Below are positions 9,833 to 17,339 of a stretch of 43,197 bases of DNA, piece after piece. Each line of letters begins with the position of its first letter. The stretch's first letter is position 1. Under the pieces are notes generated by a model. It saw nothing but the letters and a program-made list of their open reading frames with translations, was not told the origin of the DNA and did not search any database. This stretch comes from Acidobacteriota bacterium (lineage in GTDB: Bacteria; Acidobacteriota; Terriglobia; Acidiferrales; UBA7541), in contig PKWH01000231.1 of assembly GCA_003131985.1 (NCBI GenBank), positions 1-43,197 on the forward strand, read 5' to 3'. Position numbers and translations under genes: made by a program.

Positions 9833-10761
9833 GTCGCATTCACGAAGCGTTAAAAAAAGCTGAACAAGAAAGAGCTGCGGCCCAGACGCCCGATAACTCG
9901 CCTTCTCTACCGAGCACGGCGACGGAGGTCCTCCCGCGTGCACGTGAAGGATCGGATGACGCTCCCAGCATATTCAAGCATTCGACCGCTATCGCTTCCC
10001 AGCCTGGGAATCTAAAACGGTTCGAAGACCTGTGCCAACAGTGCGCGCATCCTCACTGGCACCCGGATCCGAATGTAAACATTTTTTCCAATCCGGCTTT
10101 AAGTGCAAACGCGGCGGAACAATTTCGGACTTTGCGATCACGGCTTTACCAATTGCGCGGGAGCCAACAGCTCCGCACTCTCTTGGTTGCCAGTTCCGTG
10201 CCCGCGGAAGGCAAAACGTTTGTAACCAACAATTTGGCGCAAGCAATTGTCCGTCAGCCCGATCGTAGATGTTTGATTATCGACGCGGACCTGCGGTGTT
10301 CCCGTCTCCACGTGCCGCTCGGCGCACCACCTTCTCCGGGTTTGACGGATTATTTGCTGGGAGATGCCGACGAGGTGACGGTTATTCAGCACGGTCATGA
10401 AGGGAATCTTTGCTTTATTCCAGGCGGGAAAGAGGTGGCCAACCCAAGCGAATTACTGTTAAACGGCCGGCTGAAGACATTGTTGGAGCGGGTAACGCCA
10501 ATTTTTGACTGGGTCATCCTGGACTCCCCACCATTACTTCCCGTGGCAGACGCAAGCTTGCTCGCCGACCATGTTGATGGTGTGATTTTGGTGGTGCGTG
10601 CGGCTTCGACCCCAACCGGAGCGGCTGAACGAGCCTGTCAAGAACTGCAAGGTAGGAACGTAATAGGCGTGGTGTTGAATGCTGTAGAGCAGTCTCAGAC
10701 TTATGGATCTTACTATTACGCAGGTTACGGATACGGGCAAGAAGAAGCCAAATCAGGTTAG
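9829..10761 (+). CDS. BY-type protein tyrosine kinase (EpsG/CpsD-like)
   Basis: Walker A SSVPAEGKTFV, Walker A' LIIDADLR, Walker B VILDSPP, and a C-terminal tyrosine cluster YGSYYYAGYGYG. The start overlaps the upstream stop (ATGA). Confidence 0.85.
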   Translation: MSRIHEALKKAEQERAAAQTPDNSPSLPSTATEVLPRAREGSDDAPSIFKHSTAIASQPGNLKRFEDLCQQCAHPHWHPDPNVNIFSNPALSANAAEQFRTLRSRLYQLRGSQQLRTLLVASSVPAEGKTFVTNNLAQAIVRQPDRRCLIIDADLRCSRLHVPLGAPPSPGLTDYLLGDADEVTVIQHGHEGNLCFIPGGKEVANPSELLLNGRLKTLLERVTPIFDWVILDSPPLLPVADASLLADHVDGVILVVRAASTPTGAAERACQELQGRNVIGVVLNAVEQSQTYGSYYYAGYGYGQEEAKSG

Positions 10762-10866
10762 CCCTAGAGTACCATTTGGCCAAGCGAATGCTTCGTACAG
10801 GACCTGCTAAGATGGGAGTTGTTTCAGGCATACGCGAGTTGAAGATGGGCACCCGGGAAATCTACT

Positions 10867-11102
10867 CTATGTCCTTTATAAGGCTGGTCTTGGGTGTAGG
10901 AAAACAAGTGGAACTCTGGGATAGCAATGTTCATAGAGTGATTCGAACTGGTGTCCCAAAGACGGCAAGTGCCCAAAGGATTTCTCAATTAAGGCATTAA
11001 GCTTCATAGATTTACCCAAAACGCGACTAGAGCTTGCAGTGGCATTCGTCGTGCAAACCTGTAGTCGAGGGTCAATTGTGACTCTCATGGCGGTAGCATA
11101 AG
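10867..11102 (+). promoter_or_regulatory. Conserved ~235-nt leader element, copy A, ending in a hairpin plus an ops-like GGCGGTAGC
   Basis: Direct repeat of 36610..36844. By my hand alignment the first 79 nt match at 65/79. A 29-nt block (11070..11098) is identical to 36813..36841. Hairpin gagggtca-attg-tgactctc is at 11067..11086 and GGCGGTAGCA at 11089..11098, 17 nt before the NusG-like ATG. Confidence 0.5.
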
Positions 11103-11114
11103 CGCAGTGGCAAA

Positions 11115-11732
11115 ATGAGACCAAATCTCAAATCCGAATGCGACACTGAGAAAGCAGCCAGGCAGGATGGTGTCATTGGGTATCCCTGGTTCGCTTTGCA
11201 GGTTCGAACGCGCCATGAGTCAGGCGTTGCGAATTATTTGCTTGGCCAAGGTTACGAGTCGTTTCTTCCGCTTTACAAGTGCCGCAAGCGCTGGTCCGAC
11301 AGGGTTAAGGAAGTGCAGACTCCCTTGTTTCCTGGTTACTTATTTTGCCGGTTCGATCCTCAGGACCGGCTGCCCATTATGAAGACTCCGGGCGTAATGC
11401 AAATAGTGGGAGTGAACCGCGTGCCGGCTCCGGTGGATGAAGTTGAAATCGGCGCTATCCAGACTTTGGTAGCGTCGGGTATTCCAAATCAGCCCTGGCC
11501 ATTTTTGCAGGTAGGCGAGAGGGTGCGAATTGAGTCAGGTTCTTTGAGCGGTCTTGAAGGAATCCTGATGGATTTTAAGGGGACTCAGCGGCTCGTACTT
11601 TCGATCACGCTGCTTCAACGTTCCGTATCAGTGGAAATCGATAGTGCGTTTGTTTCGTCTACGGCCTCGTCGCAGCGATCGCGATTGGAAAAAACATTGG
11701 CCGTGTGCAGGCCAGTTCAGATCGTGGTCTAA
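11115..11732 (+). CDS. NusG-family paralog (RfaH/UpxY/LoaP-like operon-specific transcription antiterminator)
   Basis: NGN domain WFALQVRTRHESGVANYLLGQGYESFLPLY...LFPGYLFCRF and KOW-like VGERVRIESGSLSGLEGILMDF. It is the first gene after the conserved leader, at the head of the biosynthetic genes. Confidence 0.85.
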   Translation: MRPNLKSECDTEKAARQDGVIGYPWFALQVRTRHESGVANYLLGQGYESFLPLYKCRKRWSDRVKEVQTPLFPGYLFCRFDPQDRLPIMKTPGVMQIVGVNRVPAPVDEVEIGAIQTLVASGIPNQPWPFLQVGERVRIESGSLSGLEGILMDFKGTQRLVLSITLLQRSVSVEIDSAFVSSTASSQRSRLEKTLAVCRPVQIVV

Positions 11733-11790
11733 CAGCGAAATTGGCTGACGCTGAAATGAGTTTCGGAGAACGATTTAGCAAAGAGGTTGA

Positions 11791-12954
11791 GTGAGCGGCG
11801 TGTCTACTACAAAGCCACGAATTGTTGAACATATGAAGAAGTCGATCGGAACTGACGGGAATTCCGCCAGCTCGATGGCGGGTTTCCTTTCCGAAGAACA
11901 GTTTCGTCGAATGCTGGCCCGAGAAAGAAAGCGATCAGAGCGTTCACGAAAACATTTGGTTCTAATGTTGATCGACGGCGGATTGAAGAATAAGAAGACG
12001 GATGCTCTTTTGGAACAGATTGCAGTGGTCCTCTGCGCATCGATTCGCGAGACTGACCTGGCGGGATGGTTCGAGGCGAATTCTGTTTTTGGTGTAATTT
12101 TCACTGAGTTCGGAGACTGCGATGTGAGCGCAGCCGTCAAAATTATCGAGGCCAAAGTTACAGCGGGACTGCAAAACTCATTCAAGGCCACTCAACTGAG
12201 CAGTTTCCAAATCTCCTTCTATGCCTTCCCGGAGGGCTGGGAAGGAGACGGGCATCAGCGGCCGGTGGACCCAACGATGTATCCCGATCTGTTCGAAGTT
12301 AAGGAGAAAAAAAAGCTGTCATTGCTGACCAAACGCGTGATGGATCTCGTAGGGGCATCGCTAGCCGTGGCGATTCTCTCACCGGCATTTCTGCTGCTAG
12401 CTGTGATTATCAAGCTAACATCGAAGGGTCCGATTTTCTTTCGCCAAGAACGAGTCGGCCAGTTCGGGTCGCGGTTTGTGTTCATTAAGTTCCGGTCGAT
12501 GTACGTTTCAACCGACGCCGCTATTCACAAGGAGTACGTCAGAAAATTCATCGTGGGGAAGGCAAATTCTTCCGCTCAGGAAGGAAGCAAGAAGGGCGTC
12601 TATAAGATTACGAACGATCCTCGAGTCACTTGGATTGGAAGACTCTTGCGGCGCACGAGCCTTGACGAGATACCTCAATTCTGGAACGTGTTGAAAGGCG
12701 AGATGTCCCTGGTGGGGCCGCGGCCTCCTATTCCCTATGAAATCGAAGCCTACGATATCTGGCATCGCCGCCGATTGCTGGAGTCGAAGCCGGGCATTAC
12801 AGGATTGTGGCAAGTACACGGCCGGAGCAAGACTACGTTCGACGAAATGGTTAGGTTGGATCTGCAGTACTCCAGAATGTGGACACCTATGTTGGATGTG
12901 AAAATACTTCTCCAGACTCCTCGCGCAGTTTTTTCAGGCGATGGCGCCTATTAG
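11791..12954 (+). CDS. Priming polyprenyl-phosphate sugar-phosphate transferase (Bac_transf family) with an N-terminal degenerate GGDEF-like domain
   Basis: The C-terminal half carries KRVMDLVGASLAVAILSPAFLLLAVIIKLTSKGPIFFRQERVG..G..F...KFRSM...DPRVT.IGR.LRRTSLDEIPQFWNVLKGEMSLVGPRP. The N-terminal ~170 aa follow the GGDEF-fold pattern (see findings). GTG start with aagagg RBS; an alternative ATG is at 11833. Confidence 0.85.
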   Translation: MSGVSTTKPRIVEHMKKSIGTDGNSASSMAGFLSEEQFRRMLARERKRSERSRKHLVLMLIDGGLKNKKTDALLEQIAVVLCASIRETDLAGWFEANSVFGVIFTEFGDCDVSAAVKIIEAKVTAGLQNSFKATQLSSFQISFYAFPEGWEGDGHQRPVDPTMYPDLFEVKEKKKLSLLTKRVMDLVGASLAVAILSPAFLLLAVIIKLTSKGPIFFRQERVGQFGSRFVFIKFRSMYVSTDAAIHKEYVRKFIVGKANSSAQEGSKKGVYKITNDPRVTWIGRLLRRTSLDEIPQFWNVLKGEMSLVGPRPPIPYEIEAYDIWHRRRLLESKPGITGLWQVHGRSKTTFDEMVRLDLQYSRMWTPMLDVKILLQTPRAVFSGDGAY

Positions 12955-13019
12955 TCTGATGACACTCCTGGAAAAATCCGAACGTTTCGAAGCTCTCTGG
13001 CTTAGCGCGCCGGGGATTT

Positions 13020-13041
13020 AGACCGCTTGCGCGGTTTGTTT
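13020..13041 (+). terminator. Weak candidate intrinsic terminator after the priming transferase
   Basis: agaccgc-ttgc-gcggttt stem (7 bp including one G-U) followed by gttt. The stem is short and the U-tract poor. Confidence 0.3.
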
Positions 13042-13097
13042 CGACGGCCGCAAAAATTCTGTCCTTTCAGGATTTGAACTCTCAGGGTGAAAAAAAG

Positions 13098-14162
13098 ATG
13101 GCTACTAGTCTAGATGTTGACGCTGCGACAAAACTCGGGAAACAGCGGGATTCAAACGAGAGCGTGATTAGGATGGGCGTGATCGGGTACGGTTACTGGG
13201 GCCCGAACATTGTCCGGAATTTTCACGGACAAGAGCGTTCCCGCGTGGTCGCCATTTGCGACAAGACGCCTAAGTCACTGCAGCGCGCCCGGCAGGCCTA
13301 TCCGGAAATTCGTGCGATCGATGATTGTAATGACATCCTCACTGCTACGGATATCGATGCGATCGCGATCGTGACACCGGTTTGGACCCACTATGAACTT
13401 GCCAAAATCGCCTTGGAAAATGGCAAACACGTGTTCGTTGAGAAGCCGTTTACGTGCACTACGGCGCAAGCCGAGGAACTGATCGAACTAGCGGAGCGCA
13501 AGAAGCTGAAGATCATGGTGGACCACACGTTTTTGTTCACCGGCGCCGTCAAGCGCATCAAGGAATTCATTGATAACGGTACGCTCGGAGATCTCTATTA
13601 CTACGACTCCACGCGCGTAAACCTCGGACTCTTTCAGCATGATGTAAATGTGCTCTGGGATCTGGCGCCGCACGATCTTTCGATTATGGATTATCTGCTC
13701 AAGGATAAGCCCGAGGCGATCGTCGCCACCGGTGAGCGCCATTTAAATGGTGTTGCCGATATCGCATTTCTCACTCTCTACTATCCGAACAACATGATCG
13801 GGCACATTAACGTGAACTGGCTGTCGCCGGTAAAGGTGCGTACAACTCTCATCGGCGGTGAGAAGAAAATGCTGGTTTGGAACGATCTCGAAGCTGACGA
13901 AAAGCTGAAAATATACGACAAGGGTGTGCAAATGAGCGGCGACGGAGTCTATCAACTGCTCGTGAGCTACCGTTCCGGCGATATGTGGGCGCCTCGAGTC
14001 GAACAGGTGGAAGCGCTCAAGTTAGAAGCGGCGTATTTCGTTGACTGCATTCTAAACAATAAAAAGCCGTTTAATGATGGAGCCGCGGGATTGCACGTTG
14101 TACAGGTGCTGGAAGCCGCCGATCAGTCGTTGCAGCAAAGAGGAAAAGTAATCCGGTTGTAG
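13098..14162 (+). CDS. Gfo/Idh/MocA-family NAD-dependent sugar-nucleotide oxidoreductase (WbpB/WlbA-like)
   Basis: Rossmann motif MGVIGYGYWGPNIVRNF and EKP motif VFVEKPF. The track ORF starts at TTG 13074. I prefer the in-frame ATG at 13098. Confidence 0.8.
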   Translation: MATSLDVDAATKLGKQRDSNESVIRMGVIGYGYWGPNIVRNFHGQERSRVVAICDKTPKSLQRARQAYPEIRAIDDCNDILTATDIDAIAIVTPVWTHYELAKIALENGKHVFVEKPFTCTTAQAEELIELAERKKLKIMVDHTFLFTGAVKRIKEFIDNGTLGDLYYYDSTRVNLGLFQHDVNVLWDLAPHDLSIMDYLLKDKPEAIVATGERHLNGVADIAFLTLYYPNNMIGHINVNWLSPVKVRTTLIGGEKKMLVWNDLEADEKLKIYDKGVQMSGDGVYQLLVSYRSGDMWAPRVEQVEALKLEAAYFVDCILNNKKPFNDGAAGLHVVQVLEAADQSLQQRGKVIRL

Positions 14163-14209
14163 CCGCCTTCGTACCGAATCTGCGGTTTAGAAGACAAGAA
14201 GCGGCGAAA

Positions 14210-14950
14210 TCACTCCCTGATATAGTACGTCATTTCTCCGCCGTCGGTTGTGACGCGAAAACCTTGGCACGCGGCATCAAGCACCGCCTTGCACCCTGGA
14301 CGCATATAATCGTGCAATTCAATCACAATTCCTTTGACTCCACGCATCCAATCGGCGCAGTTCGCGAAGGCTTCGATTTCTCCGCTTTCGATGTCCATTT
14401 TGAGGAGGTCAATCGATTCAATCCCGGTTTCGCGCATCAAGGTTTGCATAGTAATGCCGCGAACGGGGATACCGGTCTCGGTGACCATGAACGCCCACTT
14501 TCCCTCGTCCGTCGGAACTATTCTTATAGGCCCGAGATGAAGGTTGCCATCAGAGTTCCACAAGGCCGCGTTAACTGGAACGACGTTGGGGTACGCCGCC
14601 ACGTTTTTCAGCAACATGGCATAGTTGGACGGCTCAGGCTCAACGGCAACTATCCTTGCGAGGGGATATTTATTCGCGTAGAACAAAGTGGCCATTCCGA
14701 CGTTCGCCCCGGCATCAATAATCGTTCTGGGCGTGAACGGCAAAGCTATGTTGTATGCTTGACGAAGCAGAAGATCGTTGAACAACGAGACGTCGGATGT
14801 TCTGATCCGGATATGGACGGGATGTTTGACGCCGCGCGGCGAGACCGAAATCTCCTTCGGTATGCCGAAAAGTCGGTTGGAACAGGCGCAAAGAAGCCCA
14901 CGAATTCCAAAGACCTGGTAATACCCGACTATGCCTTCGTAGACGCTCAA
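14210..14950 (-). CDS. FkbM-family SAM-dependent methyltransferase
   Basis: IIDAGANVGMATLFYANKYPLARIVAVEPEPSNYAMLLKNV and LLKMDIESGE are typical FkbM signatures. The + ORF 14264..14992 is antisense shadow. Confidence 0.8.
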   Translation of the reverse strand: MSVYEGIVGYYQVFGIRGLLCACSNRLFGIPKEISVSPRGVKHPVHIRIRTSDVSLFNDLLLRQAYNIALPFTPRTIIDAGANVGMATLFYANKYPLARIVAVEPEPSNYAMLLKNVAAYPNVVPVNAALWNSDGNLHLGPIRIVPTDEGKWAFMVTETGIPVRGITMQTLMRETGIESIDLLKMDIESGEIEAFANCADWMRGVKGIVIELHDYMRPGCKAVLDAACQGFRVTTDGGEMTYYIRE

Positions 14951-15142
14951 GGTGGAATCTGCCTCGTGACTTCACACGCATTGCCGGAATGATCCCACAA
15001 TCGGTTACTGAATGGAAGACATAACCAATCTCTAAAGTCCGTCTCGTCATCGGCTACTGCGTCTGGACAGGATCGAACTCTAGTACCTGACGTGGTTCAT
15101 CTCGTAGCTTTGAATTTCCAATAAAAGAGGAAGAAGCCAAAT

Positions 15143-15637
15143 ATGGACCAGTACTTGTGTGTGGCGCCGGACGTAAAGCTTGGCAAGAACGTAAAACTGG
15201 CGAAGTTCATTAATCTGTACGGATGTGAAGTAGGCGACGATACAAAGATCGGCGCATTCGTGGAAATCCAGAAGAATTCAAAGGTCGGGAAAAACTGCAA
15301 AATTTCGAGCCATACGTTCATCTGTGAAGGCGTCTTCATTGAAGACGGCGTTTTTGTGGGTCATGGGGTCACCTTCATTAACGATTCTTATCCGCGCGCG
15401 ACGACAGAGGAAGGTCAGTTGCAAAGCGAGCAAGACTGGAAGGTGGAGCAGACACTGGTGAAGTCTCGTGCGTCAATTGGGTCGGGCTCCACAATTCTTT
15501 CGAAGGTTGTTATCGGCGAGAACGCGATCGTCGGCGCGGGGAGCGTGGTGACAAAAGACGTTCCGGCAAACGCCATTGTGGCTGGCAATCCGGCAAAAAT
15601 CCTGCGCTACATCACGCCGGAAAAAACAACGGCATAG
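15143..15637 (+). CDS. Left-handed beta-helix (hexapeptide-repeat) sugar N-acetyltransferase (WbpD/QdtC-like)
   Basis: Repeated [LIV]-G-x-x-x-x hexapeptides, for example [36 protein letters not shown] and [17 protein letters not shown] aaagaggaag lies upstream. Confidence 0.8.
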   Translation: MDQYLCVAPDVKLGKNVKLAKFINLYGCEVGDDTKIGAFVEIQKNSKVGKNCKISSHTFICEGVFIEDGVFVGHGVTFINDSYPRATTEEGQLQSEQDWKVEQTLVKSRASIGSGSTILSKVVIGENAIVGAGSVVTKDVPANAIVAGNPAKILRYITPEKTTA

Positions 15638-15662
15638 CTGCCCTATGAGCGAGGCGTAATCG

Positions 15663-17102
15663 GTGGTACCCAACAAGCATTTCCAATTTGGCGGCGGTCT
15701 TCAGGAGACACTGCTGCACCCCATTGTGCTGGTCGCAATGGTTGTGTCAGTTATCCTGATACTATTTCTGCCCCGAAAATATGTGATCGTGCCGGTGCTC
15801 GTTACCTCGTTACTTGTACCCCTAGGGCAGCAAGTGGTGGTGGGCGGATTACATCTTTTTGTGATGCGGATCATCATTCTGTTCGGCTGCATCCGCATGC
15901 TGATTTCAAAGATGTCATCACAAGACGAGCTTCTTGCCGGTGGATTCAACTCCGTGGACAAGTGGTTCACGCTGTGGGCCGTTTTCCGGACCTTAACAGC
16001 CCTCGTTTTGTACGCATCGGTAGCGGCTGTGATTGGCGAATCCGGTTTCCTCTGGGACGTGTTTGGAGGATATTTTCTTTTGAGGTTTCTAATTCGCGAC
16101 TACGAGGACATTACTCGGGCCGCCAAGGTTCTTGCGCTAATCGCGGTTGTTGCTGCTGCGGGTATGTTGAACGAGAGGCTGCACTTTCAGAATGTATTCG
16201 GGTTTCTGGGAGGCGTCCCCATCGTACCGACCATTCGCATGGGAACCATCCGGGCGCAAGGCCCATTTATGCACGCTATTTTGGCTGGCACATTCGGCGG
16301 TACTGTGGCGCCGTTGTTCTTCTGGCTATGGAAGATCGCGAAATCCAAATTCCTCGCCGTGATTGGCGTAATTTCATCGGCAGTCATCGTAGTGGCAGCG
16401 GCATCGAGTACGGCCTTGATGGCCTTTGGCGGAGGCATCTTCGCGATATGTTTGTGGCCGTTCCGGAAGAAGATGCGGCAGGTCCGCTGGGGAATCGTCA
16501 TTTTGCTTCTCGCGTTGAGTCTCGTTATGAAGGCGCCCGTTTGGTTCGTGATTTCTCACGTGGATATAGTAGGCGGGAACTCAAGCTACCAGCGCGCTTA
16601 CCTGATCGACCAGTTCATAAGGCATTTCGGCGATTGGTGGCTCCTAGGCACCTTTCAAAGCGATTCCTGGGGAGTTGACATGTGGGATCACACCAATCAA
16701 TTCGTCGCCGAGGGTGAATCCGGCGGTTTGATCACACTGTACTGTTTCATTGCCATGATCTCTGTCAGTTTTGGAATGATCGGGAAGGCGAGGAAAGCCA
16801 TAGAAGGGGATAAAGAAAAGGAGTGGATGCTCTGGATCCTCGGCGCCGGGCTTTTCGCCCACATCGTCGGGTATTTCGGAATCAGCTATTTCGACCAGAC
16901 TCGCGTGGCCTGGTTTGTATTGCTGGCTATGATCAGCGCAGCCAGCGCTCCCATGCTGGCGTCGCAGGCAGCAACGGAGACCGTACCCGATCGGGGATTG
17001 TTCGCCTCACGCCTTGCGAATCGGCCTGCCCTGGCACATACAGCGGCCGGAGGCGTCCCCAGCTTCAGATGGGACAGCAAACGTTCGGGACGCTTGAATT
17101 AG
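15663..17102 (+). CDS. Polytopic membrane protein, putative O-antigen/EPS polymerase or ligase-like (Wzy-like)
   Basis: 479 aa with about 10 or more hydrophobic segments and one larger loop, located among glycosyltransferase and flippase genes. The assignment rests on topology and context only. Confidence 0.5.
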   Translation: MVPNKHFQFGGGLQETLLHPIVLVAMVVSVILILFLPRKYVIVPVLVTSLLVPLGQQVVVGGLHLFVMRIIILFGCIRMLISKMSSQDELLAGGFNSVDKWFTLWAVFRTLTALVLYASVAAVIGESGFLWDVFGGYFLLRFLIRDYEDITRAAKVLALIAVVAAAGMLNERLHFQNVFGFLGGVPIVPTIRMGTIRAQGPFMHAILAGTFGGTVAPLFFWLWKIAKSKFLAVIGVISSAVIVVAAASSTALMAFGGGIFAICLWPFRKKMRQVRWGIVILLLALSLVMKAPVWFVISHVDIVGGNSSYQRAYLIDQFIRHFGDWWLLGTFQSDSWGVDMWDHTNQFVAEGESGGLITLYCFIAMISVSFGMIGKARKAIEGDKEKEWMLWILGAGLFAHIVGYFGISYFDQTRVAWFVLLAMISAASAPMLASQAATETVPDRGLFASRLANRPALAHTAAGGVPSFRWDSKRSGRLN

Positions 17103-17339
17103 AAGGGTTTAACCTTTGTTCGGACCTGTGAGGCGCGTGGAGGAGCCTCCGACCTGTCCTCAAACTGTCCCCGCGGGCAGTAGTCGCCCTAAGCGGTTGT
17201 GGATAACATCATCCCAGTTGCATTTCACAGAGCTGAAAGTGAAAGAACTTTTGGCATGGAATGTCTCGGCTGGATGATGAGGGAGACGATGCGTAAAACA
17301 GTTCTTTTTAGGGGAATTCAGGTCCTTCGTGGTGTCCGA

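Noticed and set aside
10869-11000. A possible leader peptide inside the repeated leader. Copy A gives MSFIRLVLGVGKQVELWDSNVHRVIR.. (43 aa). Copy B (36612..36734) gives MSFIRFSLGVGKRVAFWDSNIHKDIR.. (40 aa).
   Set aside because: - Of 11 differing codons in the shared 26-codon part, only 3 are synonymous, so there is no clear purifying selection on the protein.
- The reading frames and stops are not maintained into the conserved 3' part, although nucleotide similarity continues there.
- The RBS is weak.
- Conservation therefore looks like DNA/RNA-level conservation.
- I do not exclude the peptide. Ribosome profiling would decide.
14264-14992. A 242-aa + ORF opposite the FkbM methyltransferase. 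Similar antisense ORFs are at 22338..22985, 24715..25452, 25826..26356, 26506..27102 and 36934..37392.
   Set aside because: In each case the opposite strand carries clear family motifs and these translations carry none.
17199-17339. The N-terminal extension of the beta-helix protein ORF. Similar extensions are at 23480..23638, 33208..33246 and 33774..33848.
   Set aside because: Downstream in-frame starts give a proper signal peptide or canonical family N-terminus. The extensions overlap upstream genes or remnants.
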